Counted from the stretch's first letter, positions 12,721 to 22,845 are shown. The stretch is 64,000 bases of DNA from an uncultured Anaerolineales bacterium (GCA_964353865.1 CAYGXJ010000040.1:36329-100328), one strand, 5' to 3'. Made by a program: numbers and translations. The notes: a model not told the origin generated them from the sequence alone.

Positions 12721-13659
12721 ATGCATGCCTTGATGGCGCAACATGCCTTAGGAGGTCGCCGAGCGGCACACCGCGCCGCCAGGGCGGCGTTCATTGTGGC
12801 GGCCGCTGCCCTCGCCGCATGCACGCCGGCGGCGCCTGCTTCGGCGCCGGGTGGTTCTTTCGCCCGTGCTTCCGCAACGGCACCCAATGGCCAAACGGCA
12901 AGCCCGTCGGGGCCGACGGCCTCGGCCTCCGCCATGCCGCGCTGGCACCCGGCCCCGGGGCAGACTTGGCAGTGGCAGCTGGCAGGCTTGCCGGTCGATC
13001 TTCGCATCGAGGCCGACATCTACGACGTCGATTTGTTTGAGACACCGGTGGAAATCATCGCCGAGCTTCACGCCCGCGGACGGCGCGCCATTTGTTATCT
13101 GAGTGCTGGCAGCTTCGAGGAGTGGCGGCCGGATGTGGGGTCGTTCCCGCGCGAGTTGATCGGCAGGGCGTATGCAGGCTGGCCCGGCGAGTGGTGGCTC
13201 GACATCCGCCGGTTGGAGGCCCTCGCTCCAATCCTTGAGGCGCGCCTCGATCTGTGCCGCGCCAAGGGCTTTGACGGAGTGGAGGCCGACAACCTGGACG
13301 GGTATCAGGCGGCCACGGGCTTTCCCCTCACCGCGCAGGATCAGTTGCGCTTCAACCGCTGGTTGGCCGCCGAGGCGCACGCGCGCGGCCTGTCCATCGG
13401 CCTCAAGAATGACCCCGAGCAGGTTATGGATCTGGCCGACGACTTCGATTGGGCGCTGGTCGAGGACTGCTTTGCGCAGGGCTGGTGCGAGGCCATGGTT
13501 CCGTTCGCGGGGCAAGGGAAACTGGTGGTGGCGGTGGAGTACACTGACAGCGGGGTGGATTGGCCTGGCGCCTGTTCGCAGGCGCGCAGCCTGGGGTTCA
13601 GCATCGTGCTCAAGAATCGTGAGTTGGATGCCTGGCGCGGGTTGTGCGATGACGAATGA
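12721..13659 (+). CDS. secreted GH114-like endo-alpha-1,4-polygalactosaminidase (TIM barrel)
   Basis: Signal/lipobox-like AAALAAC. Blocks WQWQL, YDVDLFE, ICYLSAGSFEEWRPD, GFDGVEADNLDGY and GLKND are characteristic of GH114. Confidence 0.7.
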   Translation: MHALMAQHALGGRRAAHRAARAAFIVAAAALAACTPAAPASAPGGSFARASATAPNGQTASPSGPTASASAMPRWHPAPGQTWQWQLAGLPVDLRIEADIYDVDLFETPVEIIAELHARGRRAICYLSAGSFEEWRPDVGSFPRELIGRAYAGWPGEWWLDIRRLEALAPILEARLDLCRAKGFDGVEADNLDGYQAATGFPLTAQDQLRFNRWLAAEAHARGLSIGLKNDPEQVMDLADDFDWALVEDCFAQGWCEAMVPFAGQGKLVVAVEYTDSGVDWPGACSQARSLGFSIVLKNRELDAWRGLCDDE

Positions 13660-13767
13660 GCGTGGGTTGGCCTGGCGGGTGTTGGAGAGGTGGATAGGCG
13701 GGGGGCAAGCCACCCTCGGCAGTTAAGGCGCGGCACACTGCACCCAATACAAACCTTATACAGGGTC

Positions 13768-13796
13768 TTGTCGATCCTCCGGCATGCAGCGATAAT
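13768..13796 (+). promoter_or_regulatory. candidate sigma70-type promoter
   Basis: TTGTCG, a 17-nt spacer, then GATAAT, about 110 nt upstream of the 13904 start in an AT-richer spacer. Confidence 0.4.
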
Positions 13797-13903
13797 AACT
13801 GCTCACGAGAAATCTGGAGGATCCCCTCCTGAGGCGCCCTACGCGCCGTGCGCAAGGGCGAAGGCGCGGTTCTGAATAGCTGGATGTTCACTGGAGATTC
13901 GAC

Positions 13904-14692
13904 ATGTCGTTCGTAGGACCGTTTCTTGTTGCCGGGGCAGTGATCCTGGTCTACATGCTCGTTTTGTGGCTGGCAAGCCTTGCCCTGCGCAACTCGAGCA
14001 TTGTGGACATTTTCTGGGGCCTGGGCTTTGTCGTTGCGGCCTGGGCCTACCACGCGCTTGCTCCCCAGGCAGCAGGCCGCGCGTGGTTGTTGCTTGCCAT
14101 CGTGACCCTCTGGGGGCTCAGGCTCTCGCTTTACATTCTGTGGCGCAACTGGGGCAAGCCGGAGGACTTCCGCTACGCCAAGTGGCGCGCCGAGTCCGGC
14201 GGCCGCTGGTGGTGGAAGAGTTTCTTCCAGGTCTTTCTGCTGCAAGGGCTACTCTTGTGGATCGTCTCCGCGCCGCTGCTGGCCGCCCAGCTCGGACGGG
14301 GCGCGAGGTCGCTGGCCTGGCTGGACGGGATGGCTCTCGGCGTGTGGCTGGTTGGCTTCTTCTTTGAAGCGGTCGGCGATTACCAGCTGGCGCGCTTCCG
14401 TGCGGATCCGACGAAGAAAGGGACTGTATTGCGCAACGGCGTGTGGCGCTACACGCGCCACCCCAACTACTTCGGCGACGCCGCCCAGTGGTGGGGTTAT
14501 TATCTCTTGGCACTGGCCGCTGGCGGTTGGTGGACGATCTTCAGCCCTGCGCTGATGACGATGTTGCTCATGCGCGTCTCGGGCGTGACGCTGCTTGAGC
14601 AGACGCTCAAGGACAGCAAACCCGGCTACCGTGAGTATGTCGAAAGCACCTCGGCCTTCATCCCCTGGTTTCCGCGGAACAGAGCGCGATGA
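13904..14692 (+). CDS. DUF1295 / steroid-5-alpha-reductase-like membrane protein
   Basis: Polytopic protein with the C-terminal signature GVWRYTRHPNYFGD. Confidence 0.7.
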   Translation: MSFVGPFLVAGAVILVYMLVLWLASLALRNSSIVDIFWGLGFVVAAWAYHALAPQAAGRAWLLLAIVTLWGLRLSLYILWRNWGKPEDFRYAKWRAESGGRWWWKSFFQVFLLQGLLLWIVSAPLLAAQLGRGARSLAWLDGMALGVWLVGFFFEAVGDYQLARFRADPTKKGTVLRNGVWRYTRHPNYFGDAAQWWGYYLLALAAGGWWTIFSPALMTMLLMRVSGVTLLEQTLKDSKPGYREYVESTSAFIPWFPRNRAR

Positions 14693-14738
14693 GCGCAGCG
14701 GCAGGGTCACGAGAACCCTCCTTGAAAGGAAGAAGAGA

Positions 14739-15068
14739 ATGCGATTTGCGAAGCTGATTGCGCTGCTGGGTCTGGCAGCGATGAGCGCCGTCCTGATTTA
14801 CGGCTTCAGTGTGGGCGATTTCCTGGGCGAAGGCGCGCGACTCCTGGCCATGCCCTGGGGGATCGTATCGATGGTCGATCTCTACGTAGGTTTCATCTTT
14901 TTCTCGGGTTGGATTATCTTTCGCGAGAAGTCCCTCGCGCGTTCGGGTCCGTGGGTCTTCCTGATGCTTGTGCTGGGCTTCTTCGCCGGCGCGCTCTACG
15001 CGTTGATCGCCCTGGTCAGCAGTGGCGGCGACTGGCAGCGCTTCTGGATGGGTCGGCGCGCGACATAG
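14739..15068 (+). CDS. small membrane protein (DUF1475-like)
   Basis: ATG 14739 follows AAGGAAG, inside ORF 14595..15068. It has 3-4 TM segments and the block PWGIVSMVDLYVGFIFFSGW. The family call is from memory only. Confidence 0.5.
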   Translation: MRFAKLIALLGLAAMSAVLIYGFSVGDFLGEGARLLAMPWGIVSMVDLYVGFIFFSGWIIFREKSLARSGPWVFLMLVLGFFAGALYALIALVSSGGDWQRFWMGRRAT

Positions 15069-15125
15069 CCTGCATATCGTGCGGGCGGTTGCTCGCGCCA
15101 CGCAACTCTCTCAAAGGAGGAACTG

Positions 15126-15902
15126 ATGAAACGAAGCACGGCTCTCATTTGGCTGAATGTCATCCTTGGGGTTGGCACAATCCTCATGAACATCTTGGCC
15201 AATGCGTTGCCGCTCAACGGACAGAATACCGGTGAGATTTCGGACCGGTTCAACGTGCTCTTCGTCCCAGCTGGCTACGTCTTCTCGATCTGGGGGCTGA
15301 TCTACATCGGGTTGATCGCCTATGTTGTCTTTCAAGCGCTGCCGGCCCAGCGCAGCAACCCGCGCCTTGCGCGCGTGGATCCGCTCTTCCTGGTTGCCAG
15401 CGTGGCCAATGTGGCGTGGCTCTTCTTCTGGCACTACAACCTCTTCCTTTTGACCCTGGTGGCCATGCTCACCCTGCTGGCCAGCCTGCTCGGCATCTAT
15501 CTCGCGCAGGGCATTGGGCGCAGCGCGGTGACGAACGGCGAGCGCTGGGCGGCGCGCGTCCCGTTCAGCATCTACCTGGGCTGGGTCAGCGTGGCGACGA
15601 TTGCCAATGTGACCGACGTTCTGGACTTCGTGGGTTGGAACGGATGGGGACTGGAGCCGGCCGCCTGGGCGGCGTTGATGCTCGCCGTAGGCGTGGTGCT
15701 GGCTGCTCTTGTTGCATTCACCCGCCACGATGCGGCCTACGTCCTCGTGTTTGTTTGGGCATACATCGGCATCGCGCTCAAGCAAGCGGCCACGCCTCTC
15801 GTCGCGCTGGTGGCCTGGCCCGCGGCGGTCGTGCTTGCGCTGCTGGTCGCCAAGGCCGCAACGCGAGACAGGCGCCAAGGGCAAGTCCCCGCCGCTCGCT
15901 GA
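15126..15902 (+). CDS. TspO/MBR-related tryptophan-rich membrane protein
   Basis: 258-aa polytopic protein. It contains FVPAGYVFSIWGLIY, ANVAWLFFWHYN and IYLGWVSVATIANV, a W-rich TspO-like pattern. Confidence 0.5.
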   Translation: MKRSTALIWLNVILGVGTILMNILANALPLNGQNTGEISDRFNVLFVPAGYVFSIWGLIYIGLIAYVVFQALPAQRSNPRLARVDPLFLVASVANVAWLFFWHYNLFLLTLVAMLTLLASLLGIYLAQGIGRSAVTNGERWAARVPFSIYLGWVSVATIANVTDVLDFVGWNGWGLEPAAWAALMLAVGVVLAALVAFTRHDAAYVLVFVWAYIGIALKQAATPLVALVAWPAAVVLALLVAKAATRDRRQGQVPAAR

Positions 15903-16300
15903 AGGCCATGCGAGCCAATCTCTCCACCGTGATGCGCCACTCGTCTCCCATTCTGGAATTCATCGAGAGGATGGGGTGGCCATCACGGTGGATTGACGTC
16001 CCCACGGCGGCTGCAATTGCCTTGAGGCGAGACTCTGCCGACGGCTTCTTGGGCGCGGGGTCGAGCGCGCAGGACCATCGACGCAACCCGTCAGCGATCC
16101 ATGCACCTGCCTATTGACTCCGCCTGGGATCAATCTAGAATGAAATAAACCGCACGCGTTCATCTGGAGGGGGGACCATGAACGCACGACATTTCTTTGC
16201 CATCCTGGCTGCCGCTTCGGCCGGGATTTTGCCTTTCCCGCGCCTGACCCACGCCTCCGACCCACCGCCCGACCGCCTTCGCCGACAAGGAGGAACGATC

Positions 16301-17080
16301 ATGCGACCGCATCCCCGCCACTTCGCCGTTCTTTTGATCTGCGCTCTTCTTGGCACCGCTTGCTCGTCTCCACCGCCTCCGGCCACTGCGACACCGGCCC
16401 CGTCCCCCTCTCTCCCGCCCTCGCCAACTCCAACCATACCTTTGCCGACCGTAGAATTTATTCCCACTGCCACCCTAGCACCCGCACCCTCACCCACCCC
16501 ACTTCCAACCTATCGTGAGGAATTCGAAAAGACGCTGGCGCCGGGCTGGACCTGGATTCGCGAACGCCCAACGCGCTGGAGCCTGACCTCGAACCCGGGC
16601 TATCTGACAATCACCCTCGAGGGCGGAACCTTCCATCGCAATCTGCTCGTCCGCGACGCCCCCAGCCCGAACTTCGAAATTTCCACCCATGTGCTCTTCA
16701 CGCCCAAGAGCAACTTTCAATTCGCCGGGCTGCTGGTCTATGACAGCGATGAGTCGATGGCCACCCTGGGGCGTGCCTTCTGCAATCTGACCGGCCAATG
16801 CCGCGGAAACGCGATCTACTTCGACAACCTGCAGGACGGCCAATACGCCGCCTCCAATTTCGCCACAACCACGGTCGCGCTGGATCACGCCTACCTGCGC
16901 ATCCGCAAGATTGGCACGACGCTGACCGGCGCCTACAGCGAAGACGGCAAATCGTGGAAGACGATCGGTGAGCAGTTCATCCACATGGAGACCCCCAGGG
17001 TCGGTCTGATGGCCGGCCAATCCAACGTCGTCGGCGCCGAGGCGATGTTCGACTATTTCGAGGTTGTTGAGCTACCGTAG
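16301..17080 (+). CDS. secreted lipoprotein with concanavalin-A-like (DUF1349-type) domain
   Basis: MRPHPRHFAVLLICALLGTACSS follows AAGGAGGA. A Pro/Thr/Ser linker comes next, then WTWIRE...GYLTITLEGG...FQFAGLLVY...YLRIRK...YSEDGKSW. Upstream ATG 16178 also has an SD, so it is an alternative start. Confidence 0.6.
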   Translation: MRPHPRHFAVLLICALLGTACSSPPPPATATPAPSPSLPPSPTPTIPLPTVEFIPTATLAPAPSPTPLPTYREEFEKTLAPGWTWIRERPTRWSLTSNPGYLTITLEGGTFHRNLLVRDAPSPNFEISTHVLFTPKSNFQFAGLLVYDSDESMATLGRAFCNLTGQCRGNAIYFDNLQDGQYAASNFATTTVALDHAYLRIRKIGTTLTGAYSEDGKSWKTIGEQFIHMETPRVGLMAGQSNVVGAEAMFDYFEVVELP

Positions 17081-17138
17081 AGATGTTGCGATGGCGCTCC
17101 TCAGTTGCGGGCCCCGGCTCGTCAGCATCGGCAATGAC

Positions 17139-17170
17139 AGCGCGGCGGGACTTCCCGCCGCGCTCGTTTG
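17139..17170 (+). terminator. candidate intrinsic terminator hairpin
   Basis: AGCGCGGCGGGA-CT-TCCCGCCGCGCT (12-bp perfect stem) is followed by CGTTTG. It lies between the convergent genes ending at 17080 and 17211. The U-tract is weak. Confidence 0.4.
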
Positions 17171-17210
17171 AACTTATCCTGCGTAGGATGCACCCGGCGC
17201 GAGGTCCGCT

Positions 17211-18305
17211 CTAATTCGCCGGTTCGAGACTCAACACGCTGCCAAAGGTGTTGACGTTGAGCACCCACTCGCCCCCCACCGCGTAGCGGCGGAACTCCGC
17301 CTCGCTGTCTGGCGTGATGGTGTAGGTCTTGGTCCCCGCCTCGAAAACCACCGTGTAGGACTCCTCTTGTGCGCCGTAGCGCTGGTCCGAGGAGAGCGCG
17401 CGCGAGGGCCAGGCCGGGTTCAGGTCACGCCCACTCACTGTCGCCGTGTCCACCGTCGTCCAATCCATCACGGTATAGCTGCACCAATCATCCGAGACTT
17501 CGTAAACGCACTCCTGCACCACTTCGCCAATTCCCGTTCCGGTGTCGACCGTATATGGCGTGCCGCACACCTCCCTCGAACTCGCCACCGGCTGGTCCGA
17601 GGAATAGCGGTACTTCTCGGTGCAGCTCCCGCGTTCCGCGTCGTTCGGGATCTCGTCCCACCAGGCCTCGCGCTCCACCGGAGCGAGTGCTTCAATCGCC
17701 ACCGAGCGCGTCCACTCGACGCTGGCCACACGGGCGGTCACTCCCTTGGTGCGCGCGGAAAGGAGGGCGATGCACACGCAGAGCAACAGGAGCGCGGCGC
17801 CCACAATCCCCCCAATGGCGAGCGTCTTGCGCGAGATCGCTGGACCGGTTGCGCCAGTCTCGGCCGCGAGCGGGGCTGTGGGCTTCTGACCCGCGAGCTG
17901 CGCACCGCAATTTGAGCAGGCCGACGCGCCGGCCGGGTTGCTCGTGCCGCACGAGGGGCAAATGACCGGCGCGGCCGGTGCCGCGGTTTGGCTGAACGCC
18001 CCCACTACGCCGCCGCTGGCACGCGCCTTGGCGCCGGATTGATCGCCGCCGCACGCGCCGCAGAACTTGCTGCCGGCCGGATTGCGCGCATTGCAGTATG
18101 GGCAGTGAATATCCGGCCCGGCTTTGGCGCGCGCGATCTTCTCTGCATCGGTGATCAGCTTTGAATCCGGCGCCTGTTCAAAAGCCACGTTCTCGGGCTG
18201 CGGTGCGCCGCAGGCCGTGCAGAACTTGTTCGGCCCGGGATTCTTCGTCGTGCAACGCGGGCAGGTCCATATCAGTTCGACAAATCCAATTGACTTCTTG
18301 GCCAT
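17211..18305 (-). CDS. triple zinc-ribbon, single-pass membrane protein
   Basis: Three CxxC...CxxC ribbons are present: CPRCTTKNPGPNKFCTACG, CPYCNARNPAGSKFCGACG and CPSCGTSNPAGASACSNCG. A TM segment (LAIGGIVGAALLLLCVCIALL) follows, then a roughly 180-aa extracytoplasmic domain. Confidence 0.7.
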   Translation of the reverse strand: MAKKSIGFVELIWTCPRCTTKNPGPNKFCTACGAPQPENVAFEQAPDSKLITDAEKIARAKAGPDIHCPYCNARNPAGSKFCGACGGDQSGAKARASGGVVGAFSQTAAPAAPVICPSCGTSNPAGASACSNCGAQLAGQKPTAPLAAETGATGPAISRKTLAIGGIVGAALLLLCVCIALLSARTKGVTARVASVEWTRSVAIEALAPVEREAWWDEIPNDAERGSCTEKYRYSSDQPVASSREVCGTPYTVDTGTGIGEVVQECVYEVSDDWCSYTVMDWTTVDTATVSGRDLNPAWPSRALSSDQRYGAQEESYTVVFEAGTKTYTITPDSEAEFRRYAVGGEWVLNVNTFGSVLSLEPAN

Positions 18306-18542
18306 GGGATAGGCTCCTCCACGGGCGTCGTCCAGCCTTCATCATACCCAACCTGCGACGAATTGGCAGAGGGTGCACAGGACCAGCGATCGGCGGGCAT
18401 TCGGCAGAAGCGAGCTCAGGGTCCCCATCGCGCACGGACCTTCCCCGCCACATGCATTACCTGGCGTGGGCGCACGACCACACAGGCATGCGCTCGGCGA
18501 GAGTCCACCATGCGTGGCTCAGTCACCACGGGAGATGCCTTC

Positions 18543-18670
18543 GGGCATGGCAGGCCGTGCCCGAACGTGGCGCACCGTGCTGCGGCGCCTCACGAGGACA
18601 AGTGAATGGGCGCGCGAGAGGTGTGGGCCTCTGGAAGCCAGTCCCGCTAAGCGGGAGGGAAGGGGGTGGG
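18543..18670. repeat. composite intergenic repeat (degenerate P1 palindrome + P2 module)
   Basis: GGGCATGGCAGGCCGTGCCCGAAC (18543..) is followed by GTGTGGGCCTCTGGAAGCCAGTCCCGCTAAGCGGGAGGGAAGGGGGTGGG (18621..18670). It is homologous to blocks at 22.7, 23.9, 25.2 and 29.2 kb. Confidence 0.75.
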
Positions 18671-18704
18671 CAGTCGCCACCGCCTCTTTTATCCCGCCGC
18701 CAAC

Positions 18705-19391
18705 TCATGGGGGACGGGCGCGAAGGTTGACGCTGACCTGCGCCGCTGCGCGGCGCACCGCCGGAATTCGCATCACGAGCAGAATCGCCACAGCGAGGCC
18801 GTAGAGCAGCGGCTGGCGCCAGTCTGCCTTGACCTGCCACACGTAGTGCACGATCGCCAGCGGCGCGGCGATGAACACCAACCAGTGCAGGCGCTTCCAG
18901 TTGCGGCCAAGACGGCGCATCCATCCGCGGGTGGAGGTGAGCGCGAGCGGGAAGAGCAGCGTGCCGGCAGCCAGGCCGACCAGGGCGAAAGGTTTCTCGA
19001 TCAGGCCGTCACGCAGGTATGCCAGGTTGAAACCGTAATCGAGGCCGATGAATGTGAGGAAGTGCAGCGCGACGTATACGAAGGCGTATACGCCGAGCGG
19101 ACGGCGCAGGCGAACCACGCCGCGCCAGCCGAACGTAGCCAGCGGGGTGACAGCCAGCGAGAGAACCAGAAGTACGAGGGCCGTCTTTCCGGTGCGCAAA
19201 TTGATGGCCTGGATGGGATTGGCTCCCAGCCTATCGATGGCGTAATCCAGCGCGAGCAAGGCCAGGGGCACCCACGCGGCAACGTGAACCGCGACCTGTA
19301 GGATGGCGGGGAAGTTACAGTGTGGCCTAGGCTTTGGGTTGTCCGGTTTCGCGTTCAAGGTCACGTTCCGCACTGGGGGGTGTGGTTCCAT
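18705..19391 (-). CDS. msrQ: protein-methionine-sulfoxide reductase heme-binding subunit
   Basis: Ferric-reductase-like TM protein directly downstream of msrP. Start moved to ATG 19391 because the ORF-track start lies inside a palindromic repeat. Confidence 0.75.
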   Translation of the reverse strand: MEPHPPVRNVTLNAKPDNPKPRPHCNFPAILQVAVHVAAWVPLALLALDYAIDRLGANPIQAINLRTGKTALVLLVLSLAVTPLATFGWRGVVRLRRPLGVYAFVYVALHFLTFIGLDYGFNLAYLRDGLIEKPFALVGLAAGTLLFPLALTSTRGWMRRLGRNWKRLHWLVFIAAPLAIVHYVWQVKADWRQPLLYGLAVAILLVMRIPAVRRAAAQVSVNLRARPP

Positions 19392-19402
19392 GCGGGACCT
19401 TA

Positions 19403-19512
19403 GGGGCACGCCATGGCGTGCCCCAGCAGGAGCCGATCAGAGGCCATCAACCACCTTGGGCCACGCGTCACGGATTCTAACGCGCAACGGCCGGGCACGG
19501 CATGCCGTGCCC
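19403..19512. repeat. two perfect palindromes (P1 family) in the msrP-msrQ spacer
   Basis: GGGGCACGCCATGGCGTGCCCC (19403..19424, 22 bp) and GGGCACGGCATGCCGTGCCC (19493..19512, 20 bp) are each their own reverse complement. Confidence 0.85.
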
Positions 19513-19530
19513 GAACGGGACTTGGCCGAA

Positions 19531-20478
<948 letters not shown>

Positions 20479-20789
20479 GCAACACCTCGATTGATGAGAA
20501 ACCGCTTGAGGCAACCGGACCCACTCGGCACGGATGCCAATACGCTAAATTCGGGCGCGTCTCGACGCGCCCCAACAGGGGTGATACGCAGCCACGCCAA
20601 CCTCTCCATCGCTCGGGTCATGGTGCGGCATGTGGCGGGAATGGCCGTCTGCCCCAGCCTAGCCGATCTCGCTTCCTCCTGATCCTCAATCCTGACCAGG
20701 ACCATTCCTCTCCTAATTCTACGTTGCAGCGGCCCACTTGGAAGCTAAGTGTCTGATGATTGCGCCCAGGTTGCAGGCGTGGCCTTTCG

Positions 20790-20818
20790 TTGACTCTCAG
20801 AGCAATAACGGGTACGAT
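20790..20818 (+). promoter_or_regulatory. candidate promoter of the TetR gene
   Basis: TTGACT, a 17-nt spacer, then TACGAT, ending 22 nt before ATG 20841. Confidence 0.45.
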
Positions 20819-20826
20819 TGGACAAA

Positions 20827-20840
20827 ACCGACCAGTCGGT
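20827..20840. promoter_or_regulatory. candidate TetR operator (inverted repeat)
   Basis: ACCGAC-CA-GTCGGT lies between the -10 element and the start codon. Confidence 0.45.
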
Positions 20841-21470
20841 ATGATTATGACCAAAGAACCGCAGCAGAAAAGGGCTCACGAAACCCGGGCGCGAATCCTG
20901 GCGGCCGCCATCGAATGCTTCTCGCGCGAGGGCTACGACGCGACCGGTGTCTCGGAGATTTGCGCCGCGGCGGGCGTCTCGAAGGGTGCCTTCTACCACC
21001 ACTTCGCCAGCAAGCACGTCGTGTTTCTCGAGTTGATCGAGACCTGGCTGGCGAGCGTGGACGCCGAGCTGGCGCGGCTGTTGGCCGCCGCCTCGGATGT
21101 GCCGCAGGGCCTCTTGCGCATGGCCGAGGTCGCGCCCTCGATCTTCGCCGACGCGCGCGGACGTGTGCCGCTATTCCTCGAGTTTTGGCGCCAGGCTAGC
21201 CGCGACCCGGAGGTTTGGCGCGCGACGACCGCGCCCTACCGCCGCTATCACCAGTTCTTTGAAAAGCTGGTCGAGACCGGCATCCACGAAGGCTCCTTGC
21301 GCGCCGTCGACCCGGATGTTGTGGCGCAAGTCATCGTGGCGCTGGCGGTCGGCCTACTCTTGCAGGGCGCGCTCGACCCGCAGGGCGCCGATTGGAGCAA
21401 GGTGGCGCGCGAGGGTGTGGGCATCGTGCTCGACGGCGTGCGCCCGCAGTCGACCACGCCTTCAACTTGA
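20841..21470 (+). CDS. TetR/AcrR family transcriptional regulator
   Basis: N-terminal HTH signature TRARILAAAIECFSREGYDATGVSEICAAAGVSKGAFYHHF. Start at ATG 20841 or 20847, inside ORF 20760..21470. Confidence 0.85.
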   Translation: MIMTKEPQQKRAHETRARILAAAIECFSREGYDATGVSEICAAAGVSKGAFYHHFASKHVVFLELIETWLASVDAELARLLAAASDVPQGLLRMAEVAPSIFADARGRVPLFLEFWRQASRDPEVWRATTAPYRRYHQFFEKLVETGIHEGSLRAVDPDVVAQVIVALAVGLLLQGALDPQGADWSKVAREGVGIVLDGVRPQSTTPST

Positions 21471-21574
21471 AGCGAGGGACGCGCGCTCACCGCGCGTGGG
21501 CCGCCCCGCGATATGCATAAGCGGTTCCTGCACATCCGCCCCCGTGGGCGGGCCAGGCAGATTGGAGTTAACGC

Positions 21575-22618
21575 ATGAATTTCGTTACCGGAGCTACCGG
21601 ACATATCGGCAACGTGCTGGTGCGCGAGCTTGTCGCACGCGGCGAGCGCGTGCGCGCGCTGCTCTTCCCCGGTGAAGACCGGCGCCCGCTAGAAGGCCTG
21701 GCGGTTGAGATCGTTGAAGGCGACGTGCTCGATCAAAACGTGCTGCGGCGCGCGATGCGCGGCGCGAGGCGCGTCTTCCACCTGGCGGGCGTCATCTCGA
21801 TCATGCCCGGCAAGCAGGAGGTCATGCGCCAGGTCAACGTCGAGGGCACCAAGAATGTGATTGCCGCCTGCCGCGAGTCCGGCGTGCAGCGCCTGATCTA
21901 CACCTCCTCGATTCACGCCATCGCTGAGGCCCCGCAGGGCCAGGTGATTGACGAGGGCCTGCCCTTCTCGGCGCATCGCGCTTGGGGCAAGTACGACAAG
22001 ACCAAAGCCGAAGCCTCACTCGAAGTGCAACGCGCAGCGGAGGAGGGGCTGGACGCGGTCATCGTCTGTCCGACCGGCGTCATCGGACCGCACGACTACC
22101 GCGGGTCAATGTTCGGCGAGTTCCTCTTGGATTGCGCGAGCCCCCGGCCGCATATGTACATCGACGGCGCGTACGATTTCGTCGACGTGCGCGACGTGGC
22201 CCATGGGCATATTCTCGCGGCCGAGATGGGCCGCCGTGGCGAGGCCTATATCCTATCGGGCGGGCGCATCACCGTGCGCCAGATCATTGAGGCGGTGGAG
22301 GGATTCACCGGGCGGCTTATGCCCAAGCTGCGTATACCGGTGGGGTTGGCGCGAACGATCGCCTACTTCACGCCGGTCTGGTACCGCGCGGCCAAGCGCA
22401 CGCCGCGCTTCACGCCGTATTCGATTCACACGGTGCTCTCGAATTCGCACATCTCGGCCGACAAGGCGCGCCGCGAGCTGGGCTACAAATCGCGGCCGCT
22501 GGTGCAGTCGATTTCCGATGCGGTAGCGTGGATGGTGTCGTATCGGCGGTTGCGCTTGGTGCCGCAAACCGCAGATCCTGCACCACAGAGAGCACACAGA
22601 CCCCGGAGACGATCTTAG
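21575..22618 (+). CDS. NAD-dependent epimerase/dehydratase (extended SDR, dihydroflavonol-reductase-like)
   Basis: Rossmann motif VTGATGHIGNVLVREL and catalytic YDKTK. The last roughly 14 codons lie in a dispersed repeat. Confidence 0.8.
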   Translation: MNFVTGATGHIGNVLVRELVARGERVRALLFPGEDRRPLEGLAVEIVEGDVLDQNVLRRAMRGARRVFHLAGVISIMPGKQEVMRQVNVEGTKNVIAACRESGVQRLIYTSSIHAIAEAPQGQVIDEGLPFSAHRAWGKYDKTKAEASLEVQRAAEEGLDAVIVCPTGVIGPHDYRGSMFGEFLLDCASPRPHMYIDGAYDFVDVRDVAHGHILAAEMGRRGEAYILSGGRITVRQIIEAVEGFTGRLMPKLRIPVGLARTIAYFTPVWYRAAKRTPRFTPYSIHTVLSNSHISADKARRELGYKSRPLVQSISDAVAWMVSYRRLRLVPQTADPAPQRAHRPRRRS

Positions 22619-22842
22619 TATTCTGGCATTGCGGTCGGGTTTGGTACTAGGTCGGGGGGGTGCGGGAATCTGGGGGTAGGGGCACGCCATGGTGTGCCCG
22701 AACAAACAAGCCCAAGGGTGTAGGCCTCTGGAAGCCTGTCCCGCGACGCGGGGTGGGAAGCGAAGCTCCCACTCCCAACAAGAAGAATCATCCCCTCCCC
22801 TTCAAGAAGAACCTGTCCTGCGAAGCGGGAGGTAGGGTGGGG
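22576..22842. repeat. composite intergenic repeat (P3-like + P1 + P2 + hairpin modules)
   Basis: Modules are a P3-like segment at 22576..22620 and the palindrome GGGGCACGCCATGGTGTGCCC at 22679..22699. GTGTAGGCCTCTGGAAGCCTGTCCCGCGACGCGGGGTGGGAAGCGAAGCTCCCACTCCC follows at 22718..22776, and CCTGTCCTGCGAAGCGGGAGG at 22812... The block is collinear with 25200..25342. Confidence 0.8.
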
Positions 22843-22845
22843 TCA

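Noticed and set aside
3422-15884. Many 150-380-aa antisense ORFs (e.g. 3422..4522, 4705..5706, 10212..11288, 11504..12634, 12748..13713, 15111..15884)
   Set aside because: Each one mirrors a motif-supported gene on the opposite strand and has a biased Arg/Gly/Pro/Ala composition. There is no independent evidence for any of them.
16178-16300. Upstream start ATG 16178 for the ConA-like lipoprotein
   Set aside because: It has an SD and a candidate promoter (TTGACT-16-TAGAAT at about 16115..16142). However, it would place a second hydrophobic segment and an Arg-rich linker in front of a canonical lipoprotein signal starting at 16301. It is kept as an alternative, not as the call.
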